From Clostridiales bacterium (GTDB taxonomy: Bacteria > Bacillota > Clostridia > Saccharofermentanales > DTU023): a stretch of 64,000 bases of DNA. The notes beneath the pieces are model-generated. The model was not told where the DNA came from. It ran no database searches and worked only from the letters and a program-made list of their open reading frames with translations. Positions 29,040-38,460 of this stretch are shown here, piece by piece; the first letter of the stretch is position 1, and each line of letters starts with the position of its first letter. The translations under genes were made by a program, and so were the position numbers. Where the stretch lies: NCBI GenBank assembly GCA_004556455.1, contig SFGY01000007.1, positions 132,925 to 196,924 on the forward strand, written 5' to 3'.

Positions 29040-29124
29040 AAGCTGTGCTCTGAGAAAAGCTGTGCTCCAGGCTGAGTTGTACTCAAAGCTGAGTTGTCTA
29101 AGCTTTTAAGCTACTTTTAAGCTA
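29040..29124. repeat. Three consecutive pairs of short tandem duplications in the kal leader
   Basis: AAGCTGTGCTC x2 (29040, 29057), GCTGAGTTGT x2 (29071, 29088), CTTTTAAGCTA x2 (29103, 29114). Confidence 0.7.
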
Positions 29125-29177
29125 TTAGTGAAACGCTATAAGTTAAAAAAAATAAAGTCATAAAGGAGAAACGAAGT

Positions 29178-29561
29178 ATGGAAGATGTTGTCATCCGTTT
29201 ACGCATGAGTCAGGGAGACGCCCACTATGGCGGAAATCTGGTCGATGGGGCCAAAATGCTGCAGCTTTTCGGCGACGTGGCGACCGAACTCCTCATCCGC
29301 CGCGACGGCGACGAAGGTCTCTTTGTTGCCTACGATCTCGTTGAATTTAAAGCTCCCGTGTATGCCGGAGATTATATTGAGGCCCGCGGCCGCATTGAAA
29401 AGGAAGGGAACAGCTCTCGTTCGATGAGCTTTGAAGCTTATAAAGTCATCACCGCCCGTCCGGATATCTCTGCTTCAGCCTGCGATGTCCTGGATGAGCC
29501 TCTGCTCGTCTGCCGTGCCCATGGCACCTGCGTCACACCAAAAACAAATCAGCGCAAATAA
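29178..29561 (+). CDS. kal: 3-aminobutyryl-CoA ammonia-lyase (hotdog fold)
   Basis: 127 aa. [82 protein letters not shown]. Lies in the kce/kdd context. Confidence 0.8.
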   Translation: MEDVVIRLRMSQGDAHYGGNLVDGAKMLQLFGDVATELLIRRDGDEGLFVAYDLVEFKAPVYAGDYIEARGRIEKEGNSSRSMSFEAYKVITARPDISASACDVLDEPLLVCRAHGTCVTPKTNQRK

Positions 29562-29599
29562 ACGTCCAATATTCATAAAGCAAAGTTCAAGGAGGTTTT

Positions 29600-30454
29600 A
29601 TGTCTGCTCAGAAAAGAAAAGTCATCATCACGGCTGCCATCAGCGGGGCCGAAGTCACCCAGGAAATGAACCCCAACGTTCCCTATACCCTGGAACAGTA
29701 TGTGCGTGAGGCAAAGGGCGCAGCACAGGCCGGCGCCTCCATCATCCATCTTCATGCGAGATTCGACGATGGCACGCCCACCCAGGACCGCGAGCGTTTC
29801 CGCGTCCTCATCGACGGCATCCGCGAGGCCTGCCCCGAGGTCATTATTCAGCCGTCCACCGGCGGCGCAACGGGCATGTCTGCTGACGAACGCCTGCAGC
29901 CCCTCGAACTTGATCCTGAGATGGCAAGCCTCGACGCCGGCACTTTAAACTTTGGCGGCGACGAGATCTTCGTCAATACCGAAAATATGATCATCGACTT
30001 TGCCGCCCGCATGCAGAAGCGCGGTGTGATGCCTGAAATCGAGGTTTTCGACAAGAGCATGATTGACATGGCTCTGCGCCTCCACCGCAAGGGCAAGATC
30101 GTTGCACCGCTGCACTTTAATCTGGTTATGGGCGTCAATGGCGGCATCACCGGAACCCCGCGCGACCTGGAATTCCTCGTGCACTCCCTGCCTGACGATG
30201 CCACCTTTACGGTTTCCGGCGTCGGCCAGAGCCAGCTCAGCATGAACGTCATGGCCATGCTTCTCGGCGGTCATGTGCGCGTCGGCTTTGAGGACAACCT
30301 GATGATGGATCGCGGCGTGCTCGCTGACTCCAACGCCCAATTTGTCGAGCGCATCGTGCGCATCGCCCATGAACTCAATCTGGAAATCGCCACGCCCTCA
30401 GAGGCCCGCGAAATCCTGCGCATTGACGAACACAAAAAGCTGCGCAGCATTTAA
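29600..30454 (+). CDS. kce: 3-keto-5-aminohexanoate cleavage enzyme (BKACE/DUF849)
   Basis: KVIITAAISGAEVT...PYTLEQYVREAKGAAQAGASIIHLHAR...IIQPSTGG...HVRVGFEDNL are typical BKACE motifs. RBS AAGGAGG. Confidence 0.88.
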   Translation: MSAQKRKVIITAAISGAEVTQEMNPNVPYTLEQYVREAKGAAQAGASIIHLHARFDDGTPTQDRERFRVLIDGIREACPEVIIQPSTGGATGMSADERLQPLELDPEMASLDAGTLNFGGDEIFVNTENMIIDFAARMQKRGVMPEIEVFDKSMIDMALRLHRKGKIVAPLHFNLVMGVNGGITGTPRDLEFLVHSLPDDATFTVSGVGQSQLSMNVMAMLLGGHVRVGFEDNLMMDRGVLADSNAQFVERIVRIAHELNLEIATPSEAREILRIDEHKKLRSI

Positions 30455-30529
30455 GCTCGATGACCGCTGGTCTCAGCCTTAAAAATATTTATATAAATTC
30501 TTATTAAAGAAATCAGGAGGAAAACATTT

Positions 30530-31564
30530 ATGGCCAAAGGCAACAAGTACGGCGCTCACCGCGTCATCGAACCGCAGGGACTGCTCCCTCAGGCAGCAAA
30601 AAAGATCGACAACACGATGGAAATTTATGATAACGAGATTCTCGTGGATGTCTCCGCTCTGAACATCGACTCGGCCAGCTTTCACCAGCTCTGGGAAGCC
30701 GCCGGTCACGATGAAGAAAAATTAAAACAGTCAATCCTCGATATCGTCGCCGAGCGCGGCAAAATGCAGAACCCTGTCACAGGTTCCGGCGGAATGCTCA
30801 TGGGCACCATTGCCCAGATCGGCAAGGACCTGAAGGATCGCGACGTCAAGGTGGGCGACCGCATTGCGACCCTGGTCTCCCTCTCAACCACTCCCCTGCA
30901 AATTAAAAAGATCCTGAAGGTTTACCCCCAGATCGACCGCGTCGAGATTGAGGGCCAGGCCATTCTCTTCGAGAGCGGCATCTACGCAAAGCTGCCGGAA
31001 GACATGAGTGAAAACCTCGCTCTCGCGGCTCTGGACGTGGCCGGCGCTCCAGCCCAGACGGCCAATATCGTCAAACCTAATGATTCTGTGCTGATTCTCG
31101 GCGCTGGCGGCAAGAGCGGTATGCTCATTGCTTATGAGGCCATGAAACGTGTCGGGCCCTGCGGCAATGTGGTTGGCATGAGCCATAATGACCGTCCGAA
31201 GGACACCCTCCTGAATAATCACTTTGTCCATCAATTCTTTGTCGCCGATGCGAAGAACCCCGTCGAAGTCCTTGACAAGGCCCTTGCCTGCAATAACGGC
31301 AAAGAGTATGACGTCGCCATCAACGTGGTCAACATCGACGGCACCGAGATGTCCAGCATCCTGCCCGTGCGCGACGGCGGCCTCGTTTACTTCTTCAGCA
31401 TGGCCACCAGCTTTACCCGCGCGGCTCTGGGCGCTGAGGGCGTCGGCAAGGATGTCACCATGATCATGGGCAACGGCTATACCAAAAACCATGCCGAAAT
31501 CACCCTCTCCGAACTCCGCGAGTGCCCTGCGCTGAAGGAGTATTTCGAAAAGCACTATCTCTGA
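30530..31564 (+). CDS. kdd: L-erythro-3,5-diaminohexanoate dehydrogenase
   Basis: 344 aa. GAHRVIEPQGLLPQAAKKIDNTMEIYDNEILVDVSALNIDSASFHQL, with a Rossmann VLILGAGGKSG. Lies between kce and kamA. Confidence 0.8.
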   Translation: MAKGNKYGAHRVIEPQGLLPQAAKKIDNTMEIYDNEILVDVSALNIDSASFHQLWEAAGHDEEKLKQSILDIVAERGKMQNPVTGSGGMLMGTIAQIGKDLKDRDVKVGDRIATLVSLSTTPLQIKKILKVYPQIDRVEIEGQAILFESGIYAKLPEDMSENLALAALDVAGAPAQTANIVKPNDSVLILGAGGKSGMLIAYEAMKRVGPCGNVVGMSHNDRPKDTLLNNHFVHQFFVADAKNPVEVLDKALACNNGKEYDVAINVVNIDGTEMSSILPVRDGGLVYFFSMATSFTRAALGAEGVGKDVTMIMGNGYTKNHAEITLSELRECPALKEYFEKHYL

Positions 31565-31630
31565 TCTGAGCGCGTGGCGAGGGCAGGCCTATTGCACACG
31601 TAAGACACAGATCCCACGGATCACACGGGA

Positions 31631-31658
31631 GCGAGGAGATGCAAGCCACCCTCCTCGC
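31631..31658 (+). other. Intra-operon hairpin between kdd and kamA
   Basis: GCGAGGAG-N12-CTCCTCGC, an 8-bp stem without a clear U-tract. Confidence 0.4.
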
Positions 31659-31753
31659 CTCCCCTTTATCACTCCCGGAGCAGAAACAGCGATCTTTTGA
31701 ACGCAAATGCAGTCCGAGCTCGCTGTCGCTTTCGGGTGAAGGAGAACCTTAAG

Positions 31754-33052
31754 ATGAATGCCAACGAAAAATACATCAACCGCAAGGGAGAAGCCCGCCG
31801 TCGCGAGCTTTTTCCCGACGTGTCCGACAAAGACTGGAATGACTGGCACTGGCAGGTCAGCCACCGCATTGACAGTATCGATCAACTGAAAAAACTCCTG
31901 CCCATGAGTGAAGAGCAGCTGGCCGGGGCCGAAAAGGCTCTGCAACTCTTTCGCATGGCGATCACCCCTTATTATCTGACCTTGATTGACCCCGAAGATC
32001 CCTTTGATCCGGTGAGGCAGCAATCCGTGCCGACCGCCGATGAGGCCTGGCGCGCCCCCGAAGATCTCGTCGACCCCCTGGAAGAGGACGAAGATTCTCC
32101 GGTTCCCGGCCTGACGCATCGTTATCCGGACCGCGTACTCTTCCTCATCACCGACATGTGCTCCATGTACTGCCGCCACTGCACCCGCCGCCGCCTCGCC
32201 GGCCAGAAGGATGGCGCCAGGAGCCAGGCGGATATCGATGCCTGCATCGACTACATCCGCAATAAGCCGATGGTGCGCGATGTCCTGCTTTCCGGCGGCG
32301 ACGCTCTGCTCATGGGCGATGAACGCCTCGAATACATTCTGCGCAAGCTGCGCGAGATCGATCACGTGGAGGTCATACGCCTCGGCAGCCGCACCCCGGT
32401 CGTCCTGCCCCAGCGCATCACGCCTGAACTTTGCGCCATGCTGAAAAAATACCATCCGGTCTGGCTCAACACGCATTTCAATCACCCCAATGAAATCACC
32501 CCCGAGAGCCAGGAGGCCTGCGCGCGCCTGGCCGACGCGGGCATTCCTCTGGGCAACCAGTCCGTCCTGCTGCGCGGCGTCAACGACTGTGTTCATGTCA
32601 TGCGCAAGCTTGTGAACGGCCTTGTTTACATTCGCGTGCGTCCTTACTACATCTACCAGTGCGACCTCTCGCTGGGACTTTCGCACTTCCGCACCCCGGT
32701 CTCCAAAGGCATCGAGATCATTGAAGGTCTGCGTGGCCATACCTCCGGCTTCTGTGTACCCACCTTTGTCGTGGACGCTCCGGGCGGCGGCGGTAAAATT
32801 CCCGTCATGCCGGACTACGTCATTTCGCAGAACCCCGGGCATGTCGTCCTGCGCAACTACGAGGGGGTCATCACCACCTACAAAGAGCCGGAAACTTATC
32901 ACCAGGACTGCCACTGCGAGGTTTGCAGCGGCCAGCGCAAGGTCATCAACGTCGGCGTCTCCAAGCTTCTGGCCGGAGATGAGATGTGCATTGAACCGAA
33001 AGTTCTCCTGCGCAAAGTCAAAGTCGATGACGAACACAATTATTACGAATAA
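31754..33052 (+). CDS. kamA: L-lysine 2,3-aminomutase (radical SAM)
   Basis: ATG 31754 follows GAAGGAGAA. ...[12 protein letters not shown]..., [12 protein letters not shown] (CxxxCxxC), [26 protein letters not shown]. Confidence 0.92.
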   Translation: MNANEKYINRKGEARRRELFPDVSDKDWNDWHWQVSHRIDSIDQLKKLLPMSEEQLAGAEKALQLFRMAITPYYLTLIDPEDPFDPVRQQSVPTADEAWRAPEDLVDPLEEDEDSPVPGLTHRYPDRVLFLITDMCSMYCRHCTRRRLAGQKDGARSQADIDACIDYIRNKPMVRDVLLSGGDALLMGDERLEYILRKLREIDHVEVIRLGSRTPVVLPQRITPELCAMLKKYHPVWLNTHFNHPNEITPESQEACARLADAGIPLGNQSVLLRGVNDCVHVMRKLVNGLVYIRVRPYYIYQCDLSLGLSHFRTPVSKGIEIIEGLRGHTSGFCVPTFVVDAPGGGGKIPVMPDYVISQNPGHVVLRNYEGVITTYKEPETYHQDCHCEVCSGQRKVINVGVSKLLAGDEMCIEPKVLLRKVKVDDEHNYYE

Positions 33053-34115
33053 ACGGCCCACATCCGCGGAACTCCTTGAGCTCACGGGGGTCCGTGAGCT
33101 CTCTTCTCTCGCCTTCATCGGTCTTTCCAAGAATGCGGGCAAGACGAGCAGTCTTAACCACCTGCTCATGGCCTGTATGAATGAAGGTTTTGAACGGCCT
33201 CTGGCCCTGACCTCCATCGGCCGCGATGGCGAGGAAAGCGACGTCGTCACCCAGACGGAAAAGCCCCGCATCTATGCCCCGGCAGGGAGTCTGCTGCTCA
33301 CGGCGACCGGTTCTCTGCAGCGCTCCGACGCCCTGCTGGACATTCTTGAATTAAGTGGGATATATACGGCTTTTGGCGAAATTGCCCTCTGCCGTGTGCT
33401 CATTTCCGGCTATGTCGAACTGGCCGGGCCCTCCATGGCTCAGGAGCTGAAACTGTGCGAAGCCCTTTTGCGCCGGACTGCGCCGGACGCCCTTTATCTC
33501 ATCGACGGCGCGCTGTCGCGGCGTTCACCTGCCGGTGGAGGCCTCAGTGAAGCGGCTGTGCTGGCCTTTAATGCCGGCCACAGCGGGCGCATCTCAGAGC
33601 TGCTGCACTCCTGCCGGCACGCTCTGCGGCTGTTAACCCTGCCAGCCGTTGATCTGGATCTTCAAAGGAAATTGGCCTCTGCCCTCGGAGAGAATCAGGA
33701 AGATCTTCGTGCACTTGCCCTGGGAAAAAACGAAAGCTTCCGCCCGCTTCGCCTACATACGCTCCTGGGCGGTGACGAACTGCGCGATTTCGTCGACAGC
33801 TCCGATCGCGGACTTATGTTGCGAGGAGCCCTCACGGACCGCAGCGCTACGGCCCTGCTAAAAGCGCGGAGGGCACGCTCTTTCCGCCTCATTGCCGAGG
33901 ACGGCACGCGTATTTTTCTCAGCCCCGCCAAGCTGAGAGAGCTGGAAACTGCGGGCATCGAACTGAACGTTCTCTGCCCCCTGCGCCTGCTCTGGCTGGC
34001 CTTTAATCCCCGCCTGGATGACGGCAGTCCCCTCTCGTCCACGGAGATTCTGCCCCGGCTTCAGGCCGAATTGCCCCTGCCGGTTTTCGATCTCGGCCCG
34101 GCCCTCATGGTCTAG
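33027..34115 (+). CDS. Uncharacterised protein with N-terminal P-loop-like motif, conserved position between kamA and kamDE
   Basis: The first in-frame ATG (33027) overlaps the kamA end by 26 nt. [20 protein letters not shown] resembles a MobB-like deviant Walker A. The rest has no motif I recognise. Confidence 0.6.
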   Translation: MTNTIITNKRPTSAELLELTGVRELSSLAFIGLSKNAGKTSSLNHLLMACMNEGFERPLALTSIGRDGEESDVVTQTEKPRIYAPAGSLLLTATGSLQRSDALLDILELSGIYTAFGEIALCRVLISGYVELAGPSMAQELKLCEALLRRTAPDALYLIDGALSRRSPAGGGLSEAAVLAFNAGHSGRISELLHSCRHALRLLTLPAVDLDLQRKLASALGENQEDLRALALGKNESFRPLRLHTLLGGDELRDFVDSSDRGLMLRGALTDRSATALLKARRARSFRLIAEDGTRIFLSPAKLRELETAGIELNVLCPLRLLWLAFNPRLDDGSPLSSTEILPRLQAELPLPVFDLGPALMV

Positions 34116-34138
34116 ATCCCAGTCGGCCCGCTTGGCCA

Positions 34139-34216
34139 GGGAGTTTAGACCGAGAAGTTTAGGCCGAAAGTTTAGGCCTGGAATTTCAGGCCGGGAAGTT
34201 TAGAAAGGAGTTTATC
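34139..34216 (+). repeat. Six tandem copies of a 12-14 bp unit (rAGTTTAGrCCG) filling the intercistronic spacer
   Basis: AGTTTAG (variants ATTTCAG, AGTTTAT) starts at 34142, 34156, 34169, 34183, 34197 and 34209. The last copy merges with RBS AAAGGAG and start GTG 34217. Confidence 0.8.
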
Positions 34217-35806
34217 GTGCTGATTTGCAGCTTAGCGGAAAAACAGGCTCTGCTCCTCGATGAAATCCTGGAAAACTGTACCTGCCGCAGTCCTCAGGGA
34301 CGCGATGTGAAAGATGAACTGCAGTTTTACTCGGACACCGAGCGCGACGAGCTGATTCATGAGTTTTCTGTGATCGCCCGGCTGCGCCGTTCCCTGCAGG
34401 AAAAAAAGGCGCGCTGGCGCGAGGCCGAAACGCTGCTCAGCCGCTTTCGCCGCAATGACGAAAGCCTCTCCCGTCTGGAAAAAGGTCTGCTCCCTGACGA
34501 GGCCGAACTCTTTGAAATCAAGCGCTCTCTGGGACTCTTCCGTCTGCTCGCCTATTACGACGATTTGCTGTGCGATGCGGACATTCGTCTGACTGATCTC
34601 TCCGAGGCTGAGGCTCTGCTCAATCCTCCGGGTCGCCGGGAAGAGGGTTTTCACATCTACTCCGCCTGGTCCGATGAACTGCGCCACGTACGTGAGGAAC
34701 GTAAGCTTTTAGAGGAAAAGCTTTCCCTCCTGCTGCGCGAACGCGAGGAACTCAGCAGCCAGGCCGCTCGTGAAGCCCTTTTTGAGCAGAGAGCGGAGCT
34801 GCTGAACCGACAGAAAAAGCTGGAGGATAAGGAGCTTGAGCGCGTCGCCGCCGGTCTGCGCGACTGGCTGCCCGCCCTGCGCGAAAATTTTGCCGCTCTC
34901 GGCCGCTTCGATTTTCGCCTGGCCAGGGCCGAGCTGGCTGAACGCTGGCAGGCCCCCATTCCGGAAATCCTTGAGCCCGGTTCCGGCAGCCGGATCACCG
35001 GCGCCTATCACCCTCTGCTGGCCGCAGAACTTATGGACAGAGGACTTTCCTTTACCCCGCAGTCGATCTTTCTGGGCGAAGGGAGCGTCGTCATCAGCGG
35101 CGCCAATATGGGCGGGAAAAGCGTGGCTCTCATGTGTTTCCTGCTTTGCCTCTTACTCACCCAGCTGGCCATCTGTCCCCCTTGCGAGGCTCTGTCCACA
35201 GATCTCTACGACTTTTTTTCCTATCTGACCGAAGCCGAAGGAGAAGCCCGCCTGGGTCTTTCCTCTTTTGCTCAGCAGGCCGTGCGCATTCGCGAGGTGC
35301 TGCGTCTTTCCCAGAGCACTCGCGGACTCGTCGTCATGGACGAAGCCTGCCGCGGCACCAACCCCGATGAGGCCACCGCCATGCTGCAGGCCATCTGCCG
35401 CATCTTCGCCCGCAGCAAGAGCCGCCTTCTTTGCGCGACCCACTATCGCATGCCCCATGAAAAGGGCATCCGGCACTATCGCATTCGCGGCCTGAAGCCC
35501 GAAGCAGCAACAGAAGAGCGCGTGACCACTGAACAGTCCATGGTCACCCGGAAGAAAGAGGATTTCGCCAACGCGTTGCGCGCCGCCCCGGGAGACGAAA
35601 AAAAGAGCAAGTCGGATCTGGAAGATGAAAAAGCCATCGCCGCCATTCATGAGGCCATGGATTATACTCTGGCCCCCCTGGAAGAAGCGGAAGATATCCC
35701 GGCAGCAGGTCTCTGCATCGCCGAAAAAATGGGGATTGATGCCGTCTTTCTCAGGGAGATGCGACAAATTTACGAGGAAAATCGCGAGCCTGGCGAAGCG
35801 CCGTAA
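34217..35806 (+). CDS. MutS-family ATPase paralog (core/clamp plus domain V only; no mismatch-binding or Smr domain)
   Basis: VVISGANMGGKSVALMCF (MutS Walker A TGPNMGGKS), VVMDEACRGTNPDEA (DELGRGT) and LLCATHY (ATHY). The N-terminal ~270 aa are coiled-coil rich. Confidence 0.8.
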   Translation: MLICSLAEKQALLLDEILENCTCRSPQGRDVKDELQFYSDTERDELIHEFSVIARLRRSLQEKKARWREAETLLSRFRRNDESLSRLEKGLLPDEAELFEIKRSLGLFRLLAYYDDLLCDADIRLTDLSEAEALLNPPGRREEGFHIYSAWSDELRHVREERKLLEEKLSLLLREREELSSQAAREALFEQRAELLNRQKKLEDKELERVAAGLRDWLPALRENFAALGRFDFRLARAELAERWQAPIPEILEPGSGSRITGAYHPLLAAELMDRGLSFTPQSIFLGEGSVVISGANMGGKSVALMCFLLCLLLTQLAICPPCEALSTDLYDFFSYLTEAEGEARLGLSSFAQQAVRIREVLRLSQSTRGLVVMDEACRGTNPDEATAMLQAICRIFARSKSRLLCATHYRMPHEKGIRHYRIRGLKPEAATEERVTTEQSMVTRKKEDFANALRAAPGDEKKSKSDLEDEKAIAAIHEAMDYTLAPLEEAEDIPAAGLCIAEKMGIDAVFLREMRQIYEENREPGEAP

Positions 35807-35907
35807 GGTCTCGCTGAAACAATAAATAATCAAACAATAGAGAATAGTAAAAAAATAAATAGTAAATTCTCTGATATCTGAACAAGATATCAGAACAAGG
35901 AGAAAGC

Positions 35908-37572
35908 ATGGCTGAATTACATTTAGATGGACAAAAAGTCTGTGAGGCCAGGGAGGCTGCCGCAGCCATCGTGCGCCAGACCGTTGAAGAACTGGATGAC
36001 CGCTCCACGGTGACCGTGGAGCGCACCGTCCTGCGCCTGATGGGGATTGACGGCATCAATGACGCCGGGGTTCCCCTGCCGAACCTCGTCATCGAGCAGC
36101 TGCAGGAGGAAGGGCTCCTGGGACAGGGCGCTTCGTACTGGATGGGGCGGGCCTGTCTCTCCCTGGGCAAGTCGCCGCAGGAGGTTGCTGAACTCTGTGC
36201 CCAGGGCGATTTTTCTTTTCGCCAGCTGGAACCTGTCGACGCCTTTCAAATCCGGGTCTGGGGCGAAGGCGAAGCCGAAAAGAGCCTCAAACGCATCCTG
36301 GCCTCCCGCAGCAGGCGCGACGAATATTTAAAGCGCTTCGGAGATCACGGCGGACCGCTGCTCTATGTCATCGTGGCCACGGGCAATATTTACGAAGATA
36401 TCGTCCAGGCCAAGGCGGCCGCCAAACAGGGCGCCGACGTCATCGCCGTGATTCGCACCACCGGCCAGAGCCTGCTCGACTACGTGCCCTATGGCGCTAC
36501 CACTGAGGGCTTCGGCGGAACCATGGCGACCCAGGAGAACTTCCGTCTCATGCGCAAAGCTCTGGATGAGAGTGGCGAAGAGCTGCATCGCTACATCCGT
36601 CTCTGCAACTACTGCTCCGGCCTCTGTATGCCGGAAATCGCTGTCATGGGTGCCTTTGAACGCCTCGACGTGATGCTGAACGACGCTCTCTACGGTATTC
36701 TTTTCCGTGACATCAACATGCAGCGCACGCTCATCGACCAGCGCTTCTCGCGGCTCATCAACGGCGTCGCCGGAGTCATCATCAACACGGGCGAAGATAA
36801 CTACCTCACCACGGCCGATGCCTTCGAAGAAGCCCACACGGTGCTGGCCTCGCAGTTCATCAACGAGCAGTTCGCCCTCGATGCCGGCATGCCGGAAGAA
36901 CAGATGGGTTTAGGCCACGCCTTTGAGATGGATCCCGAGCTGGAAAATGCCTTTCTCTACGAGTTCGCTCAGGCTCAGATGGCCCGGCAGATTTTCCCCC
37001 ATGCGCCGCTGAAATACATGCCCCCGACCAAATATATGACGGGCAATATTTTCCGCGGCCACATTCAGGATGCCCTCTTCAATATCATCACGGTGATCTC
37101 CAAACAGCGGATACACCTCCTCGGCATGCTCACCGAAGCCATCCACACGCCCTTTATGTCAGACCGCGCCCTCTCCATTGAAAATGCCCGCTATATCGCC
37201 CGCAGCCTCAGGGACTTCGGCGACGACATCAGCTTTAAGCCGGGCGGGATCATGGAAGAGCGAGCTGCCTTTGTTCTGGATCAGGCCCTGGAGCTGCTGC
37301 GCAATATCCAGCGCGACGGCCTCTTCCGTACCCTCGAGCTGGGCCGCTTTGCCGATATCAAACGGCCTCTGGACGGTGGCAAAGGCCTTGCCGGGGTCTT
37401 CCACAAAGAAGAAAATTACCTCAATCCTTTCCACGACCTCTTTATGAGCGCGGCCGAAGACAATATGCAGCAAACGCGCGCAGCCCGTGAAGAGCAGCAA
37501 GGCAAAGCGGCGAACTGGGTCGCCGAAGAACGTGAGATACAAACCCCGGCGGAAGGAGGATGCACGAAATGA
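35908..37572 (+). CDS. kamD: Beta-lysine (D-lysine) 5,6-aminomutase alpha subunit
   Basis: 554 aa. RBS AAGGAGA. ERTVLRLMGIDGI..., IYEDIVQAKAAAKQGADVIAVIRTTGQSLLDYVPYGATTEGFGGT, followed by the B12-binding subunit gene. Confidence 0.85.
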   Translation: MAELHLDGQKVCEAREAAAAIVRQTVEELDDRSTVTVERTVLRLMGIDGINDAGVPLPNLVIEQLQEEGLLGQGASYWMGRACLSLGKSPQEVAELCAQGDFSFRQLEPVDAFQIRVWGEGEAEKSLKRILASRSRRDEYLKRFGDHGGPLLYVIVATGNIYEDIVQAKAAAKQGADVIAVIRTTGQSLLDYVPYGATTEGFGGTMATQENFRLMRKALDESGEELHRYIRLCNYCSGLCMPEIAVMGAFERLDVMLNDALYGILFRDINMQRTLIDQRFSRLINGVAGVIINTGEDNYLTTADAFEEAHTVLASQFINEQFALDAGMPEEQMGLGHAFEMDPELENAFLYEFAQAQMARQIFPHAPLKYMPPTKYMTGNIFRGHIQDALFNIITVISKQRIHLLGMLTEAIHTPFMSDRALSIENARYIARSLRDFGDDISFKPGGIMEERAAFVLDQALELLRNIQRDGLFRTLELGRFADIKRPLDGGKGLAGVFHKEENYLNPFHDLFMSAAEDNMQQTRAAREEQQGKAANWVAEEREIQTPAEGGCTK

Positions 37573-38396
37573 GCGGCGGACTTTACAGTATGGAGAAACG
37601 CGATTTCTCCACCGAACTTGACCTCACAAAACTAAAGCCCTACGGGGACACGATGAATGACGGCAAGGTACAGCTTTCCTTTACCCTGCCCGTCGCCGAC
37701 AATCCCACCTCCGAAGAAGCGGCCAAGCAGGTGCTGCTCAGCATGGGGCTGAAAGAGCCTCTCATCACCTGTCACCAGGCGCTCGACAAAAACTTCACTT
37801 TCTTTGTCGGCTACGGCCAGCTGGAAAAGACGCTGGATTACACACAAATTCACGTCAAAGCCGTCGAAGTGGACGTGCTCAGTATGGAAGAGACCGATCA
37901 GTTCATCCGCACGAAACTGGGGCGGCCCATTCGTGTTCTCGGCGCTTCAACCGGCACCGACGCTCATACCGTAGGCATCGACGCGATCATGAACATGAAG
38001 GGCTATGCCGGACACTACGGTCTGGAGCGCTATGGCATGATCGAAGCCCTCAACCTGGGCAGCCAGGTCCCTAACGAAGACTTTATCCGCAAAGCCCTGG
38101 AATACAGAGCGGATGTCCTTCTCGTCTCTCAGACGGTCACGCAGAAGAATGTCCACATCCAAAACATCACCGAGCTGATCGAGCTTCTGGAAGCTGAGGG
38201 CCTGCGAGAAAAATTCCTCGTGATTATCGGCGGCCCCCGCATCAGTCACGAGCTGGCCAAAGAACTGGGCTGCGATGCGGGCTTCGGCCCCGGCTCCTAT
38301 GCCGACAACGTCGCCAGCTACATCGTGGAAGAACTGGCCAAGCGTAAGGAGGCTGGCCTTTTCAGTGTCGGCGACCTCTCTAAAGAACAGAATTAA
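37569..38396 (+). CDS. kamE: Beta-lysine 5,6-aminomutase beta subunit (B12- and PLP-binding)
   Basis: ATG 37569 lies 9 nt after GGAGG. LKPYGDTMNDGKVQLSFTLPV, then the base-off B12 motif GASTGTDAHTVGIDAIMNMKGYAG (DxHxxG). Confidence 0.88.
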   Translation: MSGGLYSMEKRDFSTELDLTKLKPYGDTMNDGKVQLSFTLPVADNPTSEEAAKQVLLSMGLKEPLITCHQALDKNFTFFVGYGQLEKTLDYTQIHVKAVEVDVLSMEETDQFIRTKLGRPIRVLGASTGTDAHTVGIDAIMNMKGYAGHYGLERYGMIEALNLGSQVPNEDFIRKALEYRADVLLVSQTVTQKNVHIQNITELIELLEAEGLREKFLVIIGGPRISHELAKELGCDAGFGPGSYADNVASYIVEELAKRKEAGLFSVGDLSKEQN

Positions 38397-38460
38397 ATAG
38401 AACAAGAGCTGAAGTCTCCGCAGCCTCTTGCTGCGCTGCACTTAGAAAGGAAAAAAGAAG

